From NCBI GenBank assembly GCA_965204575.1, contig OZ241993.1:448001-512000 (forward strand): a stretch of DNA of 64,000 bases, read 5' to 3'. A program made the translations under genes and the position numbers. This stretch comes from an uncultured candidatus Porisulfidus sp. (GTDB lineage: Bacteria; Pseudomonadota; Gammaproteobacteria; Poriferisulfidales; Poriferisulfidaceae). Position 1 is the first letter of the stretch. Each line of letters opens with the position of its first letter. Positions 49,895-61,834 of the stretch are shown here, in pieces. Under the pieces are notes generated by a model. The model searched no databases, was not told the DNA's origin, and saw nothing but the letters and a program-made list of their open reading frames with translations.

Positions 49895-51207
49895 TTCCGC
49901 AAACCGAATACGCACGGCGGCGCAAGAGGCTCATGCGCCGGATCGGACCGGATGCGGTGGCCTTGATCCCCGCGGCCCCGGCCCGGGTTCAAAGCCGCGA
50001 TGTCTACTGGCCGTACCGGCAGGACAGCGATTTTCTGTACCTGACCGGGTTCCCGGAGCCGGATGCCGTCGCGATGCTGCTTCCCGGACACCCGGGCGGC
50101 GAGTTCGTGATGTTCTGCAAGCCGCGCAATCCGGCCGTCGAGCAGTGGGAAGGCGCGCTTGCCGGTCTGGAGGGAGCCTGCGAGCGCTACGGGGCGGATG
50201 CGGCCTACCCCATCGAGAAGTTGAACGACATGGTCCTGACGCTGCTCCGGGAACGGCAGACCCTGTGCTACGCACTGGGACAGGACGGAGACTTCGACGG
50301 GCGGGTTGCCCGCTGGATCGACCAGATGCGTCTCCGCAGCCGGACCGGCCACAATCCTCCGGAGGAATGCCGCCTGCTCGACCGGGACCTGCACGAGATG
50401 CGCCTGTTCAAGAGCCGCAGCGAGATCGCACTGATGCGCAAGGCTTCCGCCATCGTGACCGGTGCCCACCGCCGCGCCATGGGCACGGCGAAACCGGGAT
50501 GCTACGAGTACGAACTGGAAGCCGAGCTGGTGTATGAAACCCAGCGCCACGACATGCGTTTCGCTTATTCCAGCATCGTGGCTTCGGGCCGCAATGCCTG
50601 CACGCTCCATTATTCCGAGAACTCCCGCCGAACCAAAGAAGGCGACCTGGTCTTGATCGACAGCGGGGGCATGCTGGCCGGTTATGCCAGCGACATCACC
50701 CGCACCTGGCCGGTGAGCGGCCAGTTCACGCCTGCGCAACGGGAAATTTACGAGCTGGTCCTGGAGGCGCAGCAGGCGGCCATCCGCCGGTGCGTTCCCG
50801 GCAACACCTGGGACGACCTCCACCGCGCGGCAACCCGCGTCCTGACCCGGGGCCTGGTGCATCTGGGGGTGCTGAAGGGACGATGGCAGACCCTGTGGAA
50901 AAAGGAGGCGTACAAACCCTATTTCATGCACGGGACTTCTCACTGGCTGGGCATGGACGTGCACGATGTCGGCGAATACCGCGTCAACGGGAAGTGGCGA
51001 GGGCTGGAACCCGGCATGGTCACCACGGTAGAACCTGGGCTCTACTTCACGCCGGGCCTCAAAGGGGTGCCGAAGCGATTTCGCGGCATCGGGGTGCGGA
51101 TCGAGGACGACGTGGCGGTCACCCGCAAGAGGCCGGACGTGCTCAGCGCGGGCCTGCCTTCCGATCCGGACGATATTTGTCGTCTCGTGGGGGCGGCGGC
51201 ACAGTGA
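49891..51207 (+). CDS. pepP: Xaa-Pro aminopeptidase
   Basis: YRQDSDFLYLTGF, YASDITRT, HWLGMDVHD, EPGLY, GVRIEDD. Confidence 0.95.
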
Positions 51208-52439
51208 GCGAAACTGGAACGAACCCAGACCTGATTATCGCCGGCGGCGGGCTGGCCGGCCTGGTGCAGGCCGTTCTGCTGGGCTCTTCCGGTTGGAGAA
51301 TCGCGGTGCTGGAGCGCAGCGACGGGCTTTCGGCCCTGGCCGACCCGCGCAGTCTCGCCTTGTCCGAAAGCACCCGGCGCATCCTTGATTCGGTCGGGGC
51401 ATGGGACGCACTCTCGTCCGAATGCGCACCGGTGTCGCACATCGATGTCTCCCAGCGTGGCGCTTTCGGGTCGACCCGCCTGCATGCCGAAGACGAACAA
51501 TTGCCGGCTCTGGGCTATGTCGTGCCTGCAGGAACTTTGGCCGGGATCCTGCGCAAGGCGGCCGATGACTTGCCGAACTGCGAGATCCTGACACAGACCT
51601 CCGTCGAACGGGTACAACCTCAGGAGACCAGCATTGAACTGAAAATCAGGAAGGACACCACCCCGCAGACCGTGTCCGCGCGTCTCCTAATTGCGGCAGA
51701 TGGGGCGCGGTCGGCCTTGCGCGATGCCCTGGGGCTGCACGCGGAAGAAGTGGATTACGACCAAAGCGCCGTAGTCGCAGAAGTGGAAATGGATCGGGCG
51801 GCGGAAGGCTGGGCATACGAGCGTTTCACCGACACCGGCCCTCTGGCCCTACTGCCACACCCGTCGGGCCGGCGAGCTTTGGTTTGGGCGTTGTCCCGCG
51901 AAGGCGTCCGGCAGGCCCGGACCTGGCCGGATTCCAGGTTCTGCCGCGAGCTGCAGCAGGTGCTTGGGTCACGCGCCGGCCAAGTCGTCGATGCGGGGCC
52001 GCGGAATTTTTATGATTTGACGTTTCGCCGCGTCCGACAGAGAGTCGGCACCCGCAGCGTCCTGGTCGGCGATGCAGCCTACGGCTTTCACCCGGTCGCA
52101 GCACAAGGATTCAACCTGGTTGTGCGGGATGCTGCATGGCTCGCCCAGGAACTTCGGGATGCCAAGCAGGAAGGAGCCGACCCGGGCGACCCTGAACTGC
52201 TCGAAGGATACGCCTGCTCGCGTGACACGGATGCGCGAAGAGTCGCCGGATTCACGGACTTCCTCGCCCGTGGGTTCGTGATGCGGAATCCCCTGATCCG
52301 CGGTGCGCGTGCCGCCAGCTTGTTTGCCTTGGAAAGCATGCCGCAATGCCGGACCCGGCTGATCCGCTTCGGAATGGGTGCAGACCTTCCGCAGGCTGAC
52401 CTGGCCTTGAAAGTGAAGGAAGAGCAGACCCATGCCTGA
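51204..52439 (+). CDS. ubiH: 2-polyprenyl-6-methoxyphenol hydroxylase
   Basis: GGGLAG, AADGARS, AYERFT, GDAA..HPVAAQGFNL; follows pepP; GTG at 51204. Confidence 0.85.
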   Translation: MSETGTNPDLIIAGGGLAGLVQAVLLGSSGWRIAVLERSDGLSALADPRSLALSESTRRILDSVGAWDALSSECAPVSHIDVSQRGAFGSTRLHAEDEQLPALGYVVPAGTLAGILRKAADDLPNCEILTQTSVERVQPQETSIELKIRKDTTPQTVSARLLIAADGARSALRDALGLHAEEVDYDQSAVVAEVEMDRAAEGWAYERFTDTGPLALLPHPSGRRALVWALSREGVRQARTWPDSRFCRELQQVLGSRAGQVVDAGPRNFYDLTFRRVRQRVGTRSVLVGDAAYGFHPVAAQGFNLVVRDAAWLAQELRDAKQEGADPGDPELLEGYACSRDTDARRVAGFTDFLARGFVMRNPLIRGARAASLFALESMPQCRTRLIRFGMGADLPQADLALKVKEEQTHA

Positions 52440-53628
52440 TGTGGCGGTAATCGGCGGGGGTGCGGTCGGCTTGACCACCGCCGCATTGCTGGCGCGATCC
52501 GGATTTCAGGTCGAACTGGTCGAGCAACGGGAACTGCCACCGAAAGAACCGGGGCCGGACCCCGAAATCCGGGTGCTGGCGCTGACTCCGGCATCCGAAG
52601 CGATTCTGCGGGCCTGCGGGGCGTGGAAAAACCTGGACCTCGGCCGTATCCAGCCCTGGACCCGGATGCAGGTCTGGGGGGAACCCGACCACGACGGGGT
52701 CGAGTTTCTGGCATCCGACATCAACAAGCCGCAGCTTGGGCATATCGTGGAAAACACGGTGCTGGTCCGGGCGCTGCACCAGGCCCTGCAAGATGCCGGC
52801 GTGACACTTCACTGCCCAGACTCGGTCGCCCGGTTTGAGCCTTATTCGTCCGGCGTCACTTTGGAGCTGGAATCCGGTGCACAACTGGACACTCGCCTAG
52901 TCGTGGCGGCGGACGGTGCGGATTCGAAAACCCGGTCACTGGCTGGACTTGAGTGGGATTACCAACCGTATCGCGAGCAGGCCATCGTCGCGGAAATCGA
53001 AACCGAACTGCCAGGCGAACCGACAGCATGGCAGCGATTTACTGTGGATGGTCCGGCCGCTTTGTTGCCGTTATTCAACCGACATTACTCGCTGGTCTGG
53101 TCGACAACCCAAGCCGAAGCGCTGATTGATTTGGATCCGGGCGAATTCGAAGCCGAACTGACGGAGGCCGTAGGAGGGCGCTTGGGCGCGATGCATCTTC
53201 GCGGGTCACGCGTAAAGTTCCCGTTGGGCCGCGGTTGCGCACCGCACTGGTGCGCGGATGGCATCGTGTTGGTCGGCGATGCAGCGCATGTCGTGCATCC
53301 CCTGGCTGGACTGGGCCAAAACCTGGGGCTGATGGATGCGGCCGTTTTGCAGGAGGAAATTGCCATTCATTCGCTCGGCCTGCGTGCCTTGCGCGCATAT
53401 GAGCGCCGACGCAAGGGCCCGGTCAGGGCGACTCAATATCTGCTCGAAGGATTTCGCCTGGGCTTCGGCAGCGGATGGCAGGGCTTCAGGCAGGCGGGAG
53501 ACCTGGCGATGGAATTGACTGGCCGGTATCGGGCGGTGCGGAGATTCTTCATTCACCAGGCGGACGGATGTCTGGATGGGCCCAGATGGCTACGCGCAGG
53601 CGAGGCTTTCCCGGGCAGTAGGGCATGA
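52432..53628 (+). CDS. ubiI: UbiI/VisC-family FAD-dependent hydroxylase
   Basis: GGGAVG, LGHIVEN, AWQRF, GDAAHVVHPLAGLGQNLG; pepP-ubiH-ubiI order. Confidence 0.75.
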   Translation: MPDVAVIGGGAVGLTTAALLARSGFQVELVEQRELPPKEPGPDPEIRVLALTPASEAILRACGAWKNLDLGRIQPWTRMQVWGEPDHDGVEFLASDINKPQLGHIVENTVLVRALHQALQDAGVTLHCPDSVARFEPYSSGVTLELESGAQLDTRLVVAADGADSKTRSLAGLEWDYQPYREQAIVAEIETELPGEPTAWQRFTVDGPAALLPLFNRHYSLVWSTTQAEALIDLDPGEFEAELTEAVGGRLGAMHLRGSRVKFPLGRGCAPHWCADGIVLVGDAAHVVHPLAGLGQNLGLMDAAVLQEEIAIHSLGLRALRAYERRRKGPVRATQYLLEGFRLGFGSGWQGFRQAGDLAMELTGRYRAVRRFFIHQADGCLDGPRWLRAGEAFPGSRA

Positions 53629-53777
53629 AATCTTCAAGGACGACTCCCTGAAGCCAAGAAGACCCGCAAGTTCTACAACCCGAAAAACAAAAGGGCGCCG
53701 GGAAAACCCCAACACCCTGATGCCGACCGGGAAACCCCAATCCTTATCTCCTGTTGTCCCCCAAGTTCACTCATGCG

Positions 53778-55043
53778 TCACCCCTGGAGGTCGTAGAACA
53801 ACCCGGGGTACAGGAACGCGCTGCTGATTTTTTCCTGCACCGCCCCAAGGACTCCGGCACGACGCATTTCTTCGCCCCAGCTTGAGCGCACGGTCTCGAC
53901 CACCCGGGTGAAAATTGCCTCCGCCTCGGCGGCATCCAGAAAAAAACGGGATGCTGCGCTCAAAAGATTCTCCTTGTTCGCATTGCGCCCATAGCGCCCA
54001 CAGTCCAAGGCCAAGGATCGGCGTTCCATTGAAATTGCCGGAGAGACGGTCAGGTCGTACGCTGGGCTCAAATGCCAACCCCGCCGCGGTGCCAGCAAAG
54101 CGTGATTGCGCGGATGGTCGTCTAGATTTGAGATGGCCGCATTGAAACACATCCGCGTAAACAGCTCTTTTAGGTCCTGTTCGGGGCTGGCACTGCTGCG
54201 ACGAATTTCGTCCGCCAGCAAGAGATAGGACCAGCGGTCGCGGTCCACGAGCACCCCTTCGACCAGCAACACGGTCATGGCGCTGACCATGCGGTGGCGG
54301 AAATAGCCATTGCCGGATTTCTCCCGGTCAAACCTTCGCACCAGCAACACATCACGTCCGCCGACGGATTCGACCCGGGTCTCCGCCACATTCAGTCCAC
54401 ATGAACAAGCCAAATTCATCAGTGCATGCTCGACCCTGGGGGCAGAGTAGACATCCTCGTCCAATCCGAACTTGGCAAGCCAGAGTGCGCCGTCGTGTTC
54501 AATCGAGACTTTGGGTCGGGCTCCGCCCATGGACGTCCCCGCTTGCAGAAGGGAAAGAATCCGCTCCTCGTCCGAATCCGCTGGAACCGGAGCATCCCGC
54601 ACGACGGCATCCGCCACCTCCTGGAGTCGAACCAAGCTCCCCAACGAACCGAAGCAGTGCGAATCTTCCGGCGGCGTGGAAGTCGTCCCGAAGCCAAGGG
54701 CGCCCGCGCGATCGTCCGGGCCTTCCATCAGGTAGTCGAACTCTTCGAGACGCGGCAGGCCTTTCTGTCTTTCGAGCATGCGCCGCCCCCAGTCATCCGG
54801 CATCGAGTCCCGGATGGCCCCGAAAAATCCCTCCATGCGCGCAGTTTCGTGGATTTGGGTGCTGAGATGCAATTCGACCGGATCAAGCGCGACGGCATTC
54901 TCGCGCTCCAAGTAACCTCGCTCGTAGATGAATTGCCCCCGCGAAACGCCGCCTCCAACGCTCACAGCGAATGTCCCGGCCGTTACAGGCTGCACCTCTC
55001 CGGGCAGGAAGATGTAGACGAAGCAACGGCGGTCGGAAGTCAT
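53778..55043 (-). CDS. HipA-family Ser/Thr kinase toxin
   Basis: DSMPDDWGR, SMGGARPK, NLDDHPRNH, LSPAYDL. Confidence 0.9.
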   Translation of the reverse strand: MTSDRRCFVYIFLPGEVQPVTAGTFAVSVGGGVSRGQFIYERGYLERENAVALDPVELHLSTQIHETARMEGFFGAIRDSMPDDWGRRMLERQKGLPRLEEFDYLMEGPDDRAGALGFGTTSTPPEDSHCFGSLGSLVRLQEVADAVVRDAPVPADSDEERILSLLQAGTSMGGARPKVSIEHDGALWLAKFGLDEDVYSAPRVEHALMNLACSCGLNVAETRVESVGGRDVLLVRRFDREKSGNGYFRHRMVSAMTVLLVEGVLVDRDRWSYLLLADEIRRSSASPEQDLKELFTRMCFNAAISNLDDHPRNHALLAPRRGWHLSPAYDLTVSPAISMERRSLALDCGRYGRNANKENLLSAASRFFLDAAEAEAIFTRVVETVRSSWGEEMRRAGVLGAVQEKISSAFLYPGLFYDLQG

Positions 55044-55375
55044 ACGGACAATTTCGTGCGCCGCCTCACCTTTTGCGGCAAGCGGGAAAGATCAAGCGCT
55101 TTCCCCTCTTCGTCCGTGTCCGGGTCCGCTAAACCGTAGGCATCCCGAATCAATCCCAGTGCCCACAGGGCACCGAAGTAGGCCGCGACCGAAGCACCCG
55201 GCTTGCCTTTCTCGACATCCGCAAGAGTCAGGCGGGACGTGCCTATTCTCTGCGCAACGTCGTCAAGACGGAGCCGTCGCCGGGTGCGGGCAATGCGGAT
55301 GTTTTCTCCGACTTTCCTGAGCGCATCCTCCACGGCGCCGGGCGGGGCGGAGGTGATCTTGGATTTTCCAGGCAT
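55040..55375 (-). CDS. HipB-like XRE antitoxin
   Basis: GENIRIARTRRRL...SRLTLADVEKG HTH; overlaps the hipA start; start ATG 55375 or TTG 55414. Confidence 0.85.
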   Translation of the reverse strand: MPGKSKITSAPPGAVEDALRKVGENIRIARTRRRLRLDDVAQRIGTSRLTLADVEKGKPGASVAAYFGALWALGLIRDAYGLADPDTDEEGKALDLSRLPQKVRRRTKLSV

Positions 55376-55797
55376 GGTTTCCCTCAATGGCACACATTGG
55401 CGTATATCGTCCAAAAAATTATAGCATGTTCGGCACTATAAGCATAAATAAATATACTTATAATATTATCAAGAATATTATTCTATTCTTTACCTTCCGT
55501 TAGTAGCGCGCAGAACAGCCTCTCTTGGCGCCAACTCAGTTGTTGCCCGGCCCAAGCAGGCCACGATAAGGCACAATTCAGGAAAAAAGAGCGGCCACAT
55601 GGGGCGAGTTCCAAAGGTACGCGGCGAAGCGGCTTTAGGATCGTCAAGTATATAATTCCCAATATTTTTCAGGCTCATTTCTCGTTGGAAACCGCTCACG
55701 CTTCAGGCTCATCTGTCGTGAGAAACCGGCTTCTCCTCAAGCTTTTTTCCTACAAAAGGGGCGAGAGGTCCCTCGTTTCATATATAATGCGCCGCCT

Positions 55798-56064
55798 ATG
55801 GCCAATTCAGCCCAAGCCCGCAAGCGCGCCCGTCAGGCGGACTCCCACCGTGAAGCCAACATGGCACTGGCATCGCGCTACCGCACTTTCGTCAAGAAGG
55901 TCGTCAAACTGATCGAGGAAGGCGATCGCGAGCAGGCCCTGCAATCCTACCGGGAAGCCATCCCCGTAATCGACAGCGCGGTGACCCGCGGGTTGATCCA
56001 CCGCAACAAGGCAGCTCGCCAGAAAAGCCGCCTGAACGCGCGAATCAAAAGCCTCAGCGCCTAA
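55798..56064 (+). CDS. rpsT: 30S ribosomal protein S20
   Basis: MANSAQARKRARQ...IHRNKAARQKSRL. Confidence 0.97.
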   Translation: MANSAQARKRARQADSHREANMALASRYRTFVKKVVKLIEEGDREQALQSYREAIPVIDSAVTRGLIHRNKAARQKSRLNARIKSLSA

Positions 56065-56119
56065 TACCCTGCCGGGATCTTCCCGGGATGTCGTCCTCAT
56101 AATCCACGAGGAGCGTCAT

Positions 56120-56890
56120 TTATTTCTCCGATTCTGAAGCGTCTGGATTTTCTTCGACGATTCCGGCCACGAATGCCCATGCCCGATCCGCTAGGTGGCG
56201 ACGGTCCAGGCCAGCCGGGTCGATTGCCGGGCCGATGTGCACCTCTGCCTGGATGGAGGCGCATCCGAGAATTCCCAGGATGCTGGCAACCAATGTTTGC
56301 TGATCCACGTAGGGCACCTCCGGATGCACGCCTTCCGGGTGTGGATAACGCAACGCGACCGGTTGCACCTGCATTCCACTCTCAATCGCTGCCGCAAAAA
56401 GGCGAGGATGGAACGGAAGCACGGCGTGGCCTTTCCCTGTTGTCCCTTCCGGAAAGACTGCGACGCTTTGCTGTCGTTTGAATGCTTTTCGGATTCCCTC
56501 GATGCTGCGCCGTGCCGCGCCTTCGCCTCCCCGCTTAATAAACAGCGTCCCACCCGCCCGGGACAAGCGGGAAATCAGCGGCCACTGGGCGACTTCCGCC
56601 TTGCTCAGGAATGCCACCGGCACAGCCGAGCCCAGCACCATGATGTCCAGCCAGGAGATATGGTTGCACACCACCAGGCAGGGGGCTTCGGCAGGCTGTC
56701 CGACTACAGACACCTGAACGTTCAGGCAGGCCAAGACCCGTCGGTACCATTCCTGGTTCTTCTGCTGCGCCTCAGGATCCGGGGGGGTGGATTTCAACGC
56801 GCGGAGATGTTTCGCGTTTCCATGCACGAGCCCCCATCCGAGAGGGGACAGCAGCCGAAAAAACCGCCACAGGCCGCGAATCAGCTTCAC
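56120..56890 (-). CDS. Lysophospholipid acyltransferase (PlsC family)
   Basis: NHISWLD, FLSKAEV, FPEGTT. Confidence 0.9.
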   Translation of the reverse strand: MKLIRGLWRFFRLLSPLGWGLVHGNAKHLRALKSTPPDPEAQQKNQEWYRRVLACLNVQVSVVGQPAEAPCLVVCNHISWLDIMVLGSAVPVAFLSKAEVAQWPLISRLSRAGGTLFIKRGGEGAARRSIEGIRKAFKRQQSVAVFPEGTTGKGHAVLPFHPRLFAAAIESGMQVQPVALRYPHPEGVHPEVPYVDQQTLVASILGILGCASIQAEVHIGPAIDPAGLDRRHLADRAWAFVAGIVEENPDASESEK

Positions 56891-58905
56891 GAGACCTGGA
56901 CTCTTTCCTTGAAGGCGTCAAAAGACCGGACCGGCTCTTCGCAAGTCGGGCCGATGCAGACATAGGCCACCGCCTCACCCTGCGCCGGCTTGTCCTGAAG
57001 TGCTGGCGGAAGATCCTCCATGTCTTCGCGAATGGCGTAGCAATCCGCCTTGAGGTTGCCGCGCCAAGCTGCGGACTTCCAGCGCCCCAACTCCGGCTCG
57101 TTGCCCCGCAGGATGATTTGCGCGGGAGGCTGTTCCACCACAAACCGGGCCTCCATGAACCGGGCATGTTCCTGGGGTGCCTGCACAATGGCGCCCTGTG
57201 CGCCGGCCAGCGTTCGCTCCGCCAGCCCCACCCATTCGCTCCGTGCAAGCAGGTGCCCGATCCGGATCAGCCCTTCGCAGGCGGCCGCGCAGCCGGATGG
57301 GGCGACATCGTCCGCCAGAAGTCGGGGGCGAACCAATAATTCCTCGTGATCATGCGACGTAAAGAAAAGGCCTCCATCGGGGTCCGCAAACTGCTCGGCG
57401 ATGACTCCGGCAAGTTGTTCGGCGAATTCCAAGTTCTCGTTGCTCCAGCGCCCCTGCAGCAGCAAAAGCGCCGCTTCCAGCATGAATGCATAGTCGTCCA
57501 GATACGCATTCAGGTGCGCCTTCCCCTGGCTGAAACTCGCCTTCAATCGCTGGCCGTCCCACAACCGCTGCCGCACGAAATCGAACGCGGCGGCCGCGCT
57601 GCGGAACCAGTCCGGCTCGTCCAGCTGACGCGAAGCCAGAATCAGGCCGCGGATCATCAGGGCATTCCAGCTGGTCAGCATCTTGTCGTCCAGTCCCGGG
57701 CGGATGCGGGCCGAGCGGGCTTCGAACAGGCGCTGCAGGTCCTGCTCGAACATGCCCTGGAGTTCTTCAGCCGGCTGCCTGGTGTTCGCCGCGGCTTCCA
57801 GCATGGTCCGGAAACCGTGCAAATGCCAGCGTCCCTCGAAATTCGCCGGGCGGTCCAGTCCGAACCGGAACGCAAAAGCCGGGTAATGTTCCTCCGGGAT
57901 CAGCCCCTGAACCTCTTCCGGCGTCCATAGGTAAAACTTGCCTTCCTCACCTTCGGAGTCGGCATCCAGGCTGGAATAGAAGCCGCCGGATTCATCCTGG
58001 AGTTCGCGGGTGACGAACGAAACGATGCCCGCCGCCGCCGCCCGCAGCGGCGGGGATTCCGTGCGCGTCCAGGCCTCTGCGTAAAGCGGCAGCAGGAGGG
58101 CCTGGTCGTACAGCATTTTCTCGAAGTGAGGGATCATCCAGTGCGCATCGACCGAATACCGGTAGAAACCACCCCCGGCGTGATCCTGAATCCCGCCCTC
58201 GGCCATGCACGACAAGGTGTGCGTGACCATGTGTTGCGCCCGCGGATTGTCCTGCTGCTGCAGCCACTGCAGTTGGGTCGGCCGCGCGAATTTCGGTGCG
58301 CCGCCGAATCCCCCGTCCCGCGCATCGAATGCTTGCGCCAAGCCTTCGATGACATCGGCCTCAAGCCTCTCCGGCCAGGGAGTTGCTTGGGGCAACTGAT
58401 GAATTTGCTGGAGTGCGGCGCAGACCGATTCGTTTTGCTTGGCCAATTCCTCGGCATGCTCGCCGTACCACTCCGCGACCCGCTCCAGTATTTGGCTGAA
58501 CGCCGGCAGTCCGTGGCGGGGCTCCGGCGGGAAGTAGGTGCCCCCGAAGAAAGGGACGCGTTTGTCCGGCGTGAGGAACAGGGTCAGCGGCCAGCCCCCG
58601 CCTCGCTGGGTCAACAGCATCTGTGCCGTCTGGTACAGCTTGTCCAGATCCGGGCGCTCCTCGCGATCCACCTTGATGTTGACGTACAGGCGGTTCATCA
58701 ACGCCGCCGTCGCCGAGTCCTCGAAGGACTCGTGCGCCATCACGTGGCACCAATGGCAGGCGGCGTAGCCGATCGACAGCAGGATCGGGCGCCCGCTGTC
58801 ACTTGCTTCGCGCAACGCTTCCTCGTCCCACGGATACCAATCCACCGGGTTGTCCGCATGCTGACGCAAGTAGGGACTGGAAGCTTCGGTGAGGCGATTC
58901 GGCAT
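56887..58905 (-). CDS. Thioredoxin-domain protein, YyaL/SPATA20 (DUF255) family
   Basis: [50 protein letters not shown]. Confidence 0.93.
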   Translation of the reverse strand: MPNRLTEASSPYLRQHADNPVDWYPWDEEALREASDSGRPILLSIGYAACHWCHVMAHESFEDSATAALMNRLYVNIKVDREERPDLDKLYQTAQMLLTQRGGGWPLTLFLTPDKRVPFFGGTYFPPEPRHGLPAFSQILERVAEWYGEHAEELAKQNESVCAALQQIHQLPQATPWPERLEADVIEGLAQAFDARDGGFGGAPKFARPTQLQWLQQQDNPRAQHMVTHTLSCMAEGGIQDHAGGGFYRYSVDAHWMIPHFEKMLYDQALLLPLYAEAWTRTESPPLRAAAAGIVSFVTRELQDESGGFYSSLDADSEGEEGKFYLWTPEEVQGLIPEEHYPAFAFRFGLDRPANFEGRWHLHGFRTMLEAAANTRQPAEELQGMFEQDLQRLFEARSARIRPGLDDKMLTSWNALMIRGLILASRQLDEPDWFRSAAAAFDFVRQRLWDGQRLKASFSQGKAHLNAYLDDYAFMLEAALLLLQGRWSNENLEFAEQLAGVIAEQFADPDGGLFFTSHDHEELLVRPRLLADDVAPSGCAAACEGLIRIGHLLARSEWVGLAERTLAGAQGAIVQAPQEHARFMEARFVVEQPPAQIILRGNEPELGRWKSAAWRGNLKADCYAIREDMEDLPPALQDKPAQGEAVAYVCIGPTCEEPVRSFDAFKERVQVS

Positions 58906-58960
58906 GACAGCAACGGCTCTTTAAAAATTATACGGTGCGGGCTTTTGTTAAACTTTTCGG

Positions 58961-59737
58961 ATGCTACTTGACTGGGACCCGGTCGCTCTTGCGATAGGCC
59001 CCGTGCGCATCCACTGGTACGGCCTGATGTACGTACTCGGATTCGCCGGGTTCTGGCTGCTTGGCATCCGCCACGCACGCCGGGCACATACTCCGGTTGC
59101 GCCCGAACAAGTGAGCGACTTGTTGTTCTATGGCGCTCTCGGCGCGATCCTAGGCGGCCGGCTGGGCTCGGTCCTGTTCTATCATTTCGACCGCCTCCTG
59201 ACCGACCCCTGGATGATCCTGCGTATCTGGGAGGGCGGGATGAGTTTTCACGGAGGCCTGATTGGAGTGCTGGTCGCAATCTGGCTGTGGCAGCGAAAAT
59301 CGGACACCGGCTGGCTCGCTGCCGTTGACTTCTGCGCGCCCATGGTGCCAATCGGACTGTTCTTCGGCCGGATCGGGAACTTCATCAACGGCGAACTCTG
59401 GGGGCGATCCACCGACCTGCCATGGGGCGTGATTTTCCCGGCGGCGGGTCCCGAGCCACGCCACCCGAGCCAGTTGTACGAAGCGGCGCTGGAGGGCCTG
59501 CTCCTGTTCGCGGTTCTCTGGTGGTTCGCCCGGAAGCCCCGGGCCGTCGGCGCAGTCGCGGCAGTCTTCGCCCTGGGCTATGCCGCGGTCCGCTTCGCGG
59601 TGGAATTCGTTCGTCTGCCGGATGCCCATCTCGGTTATCTCGCGTTCGGCTGGCTGACCATGGGTCAGTTGCTCTGCATCCCGCTGGCACTGGTCGGATT
59701 CGCCTTGGCTTGGCACGCCCGGAGTGCCCGGTCATGA
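58961..59737 (+). CDS. lgt: Prolipoprotein diacylglyceryl transferase
   Basis: [35 protein letters not shown]. Confidence 0.96.
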   Translation: MLLDWDPVALAIGPVRIHWYGLMYVLGFAGFWLLGIRHARRAHTPVAPEQVSDLLFYGALGAILGGRLGSVLFYHFDRLLTDPWMILRIWEGGMSFHGGLIGVLVAIWLWQRKSDTGWLAAVDFCAPMVPIGLFFGRIGNFINGELWGRSTDLPWGVIFPAAGPEPRHPSQLYEAALEGLLLFAVLWWFARKPRAVGAVAAVFALGYAAVRFAVEFVRLPDAHLGYLAFGWLTMGQLLCIPLALVGFALAWHARSARS

Positions 59738-60528
59738 AGCCTTACCTGGACCTGCTGCGCCACGTGCTGGAAAACGGAGCCGAAAAGGCTGACCGCACCG
59801 GGGTCGGCACTCGCTCGGTCTTCGGTTACCAAAACCGTTACGATCTCGCCGAGGGGTTCCCCTTGGTCACCACCAAGAAAATTCATATCAAGTCCGTGGT
59901 TCACGAACTGCTGTGGTTCCTGCGCGGTGAGACGCAGGTGCAGTCCCTCCAGGAGCATGGGGTAACGATCTGGGACGAATGGGCTGACGAGACCGGCGAT
60001 CTCGGTCCGATCTACGGTCGCCAGTGGCGCAGTTGGCCGGGTCGGGACGGCGCCGGCCACGACCAGATTTCCACTCTGACCGAGCAACTTCGAACCCAGC
60101 CGGACTCGAGACGTCACTTGGTCTGCGCATGGAACGTCTCTGAACTCGACCGCATGGCTCTGGCGCCTTGCCACGTACTGTTCCAGTTCTACGTGGCGGA
60201 CGGGAAACTTTCCTGCCAGCTCTACCAACGCAGCGCGGACTTGTTCCTCGGCGTGCCGTTCAACATCGCCTCATACGCGCTTCTGACCCTGATGGTGGCG
60301 CAAGTCTGCGACCTGAAACCCGGAGAGTTCATCCACACGTTCGGTGATGTGCACTTGTACCAAAACCACCTGGAGCAAGCCCGCACCCAGTTGGCGCGTG
60401 CGCCGTACCCCCTGCCGGATCTGCGCCTGAATCCCCAGGTCCGGGATTTGTTCGAGTTCGGCTACGATGACATCCGGCTCGAGAACTACCAGAGCCATCC
60501 ACACATTGCAGCCCCGGTGGCCGTCTGA
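59734..60528 (+). CDS. thyA: Thymidylate synthase
   Basis: [40 protein letters not shown]. Confidence 0.97.
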   Translation: MKPYLDLLRHVLENGAEKADRTGVGTRSVFGYQNRYDLAEGFPLVTTKKIHIKSVVHELLWFLRGETQVQSLQEHGVTIWDEWADETGDLGPIYGRQWRSWPGRDGAGHDQISTLTEQLRTQPDSRRHLVCAWNVSELDRMALAPCHVLFQFYVADGKLSCQLYQRSADLFLGVPFNIASYALLTLMVAQVCDLKPGEFIHTFGDVHLYQNHLEQARTQLARAPYPLPDLRLNPQVRDLFEFGYDDIRLENYQSHPHIAAPVAV

Positions 60529-61019
60529 TGATCATTTCCGCCATTGTCGCCATTTCCCGCAACGGGGTCATCGGGCACGAGAACTCGCTTCCCTGGCACT
60601 TGCCGGACGATCTCAGGAATTTCCGGCGCATCACGCTCGACAAGCCGGTGATCATGGGCCGCATGACCTGGGAGTCCCTCCCAAAGGGCCTGCCCCGCCG
60701 CCGCTGCATCGTGATTTCGGGCCGTCCCGTCGAAGGGGAATGCGAGTGGGCGAAAAGCCCGGATGAAGCCTTGGAACTTTGCGCCGGAAGCCCCGAGGTG
60801 ATGATCATCGGCGGCGTGAAGGTCTACCATCACTTCCTGCCGCTTTGCGACCGGCTCTACCTGACCGCGGTCGACGCCGACATCAAGGGCGATGCCCGGC
60901 TCCCGGAACTGAACCTGTCAGCATTCGCCCTGCAGCATGAGCAGCATCACCCGGCGGACGACCGGCACGCCTACTCTTTCCGCCATCAGGAGTTTTTCCG
61001 GATCAAGGCTCGCTGCTGA
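60528..61019 (+). CDS. folA: Dihydrofolate reductase
   Basis: VIGHENSLPWHLPDDL, IMGRMTWESL, IIGG. Confidence 0.95.
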   Translation: MIISAIVAISRNGVIGHENSLPWHLPDDLRNFRRITLDKPVIMGRMTWESLPKGLPRRRCIVISGRPVEGECEWAKSPDEALELCAGSPEVMIIGGVKVYHHFLPLCDRLYLTAVDADIKGDARLPELNLSAFALQHEQHHPADDRHAYSFRHQEFFRIKARC

Positions 61020-61828
61020 CACAGGATCTGGGTGGGCACCGGACCGCTCGGCTCCAGCCGCAGGGCCGTCAGCTTTCTCCCCCAGACGCAACCGGTATCA
61101 ATCCCCCAGACGTTGTTGCCGGAATAAAAGCCCAGCGTCGACCAATGGCCGAAGATGATCCGCGTCCTGCGCGTCCTGCGCGCCGGGGCCCTGAACCAAG
61201 GCGTCAATCCTCTTGGGCATTTCACGGGTGAGAGCTTGCAGTCGAGATCGACCCGTCCCTCGCCATCCAGGTAACGCAGGCGAGTCATGACATTGGTGAT
61301 GATCCGCAGGCGCTTGAGGCCGGTGTGCGAATCCTTCCAGCGGCGCGGGCGAGGACCGTAGAGTTTGTGGATTTTTTCCTTCCAGTCGTCGCTGCGGAGA
61401 AACTCTTCCAGTTCCCCGGCAAGCCGCAAGGCCTGTTTCAGCGACCACTCGGGCAGCAACCCCGCATGCACCATCGCGTAGTCGAGCTTGGGATCATAGT
61501 GCATCAGCGAGCGTGACCGGAGCCAGTCGATCAGTTCGTCGCAATCCGGGGCCTCCAGAATTTCCTGCAGGTGCTGCTGGGAACGGGCCGGAATCGGAAC
61601 CCCCGCCGCCAAGGCAAGCAAGGTGATGTCGTGGTTGCCGAGTACGCAGACCGCGCGAGACCCCAGATCGCGAATGTAGCGAAGAGTCTCCAAGGATTTC
61701 GGGCCCCGGTTGACCAGGTCACCCACGCACCAGAGCGTGTCCTTGCGAGGGCGGAAGCCCGCCTGCTTTAGAACGGCACAGAGTTCGTCCAGACACCCCT
61801 GGATGTCGCCGACGGCGAAGACGGCCAT
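60986..61828 (-). CDS. apaH: Symmetrical bis(5'-nucleosyl)-tetraphosphatase
   Basis: GDIQGC, GDLVNRGP, LGNHD, FGHWS, DTGCVWG. Confidence 0.95.
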   Translation of the reverse strand: MAVFAVGDIQGCLDELCAVLKQAGFRPRKDTLWCVGDLVNRGPKSLETLRYIRDLGSRAVCVLGNHDITLLALAAGVPIPARSQQHLQEILEAPDCDELIDWLRSRSLMHYDPKLDYAMVHAGLLPEWSLKQALRLAGELEEFLRSDDWKEKIHKLYGPRPRRWKDSHTGLKRLRIITNVMTRLRYLDGEGRVDLDCKLSPVKCPRGLTPWFRAPARRTRRTRIIFGHWSTLGFYSGNNVWGIDTGCVWGRKLTALRLEPSGPVPTQILCQQRALIRKNS

Positions 61829-61834
61829 CCCGAT

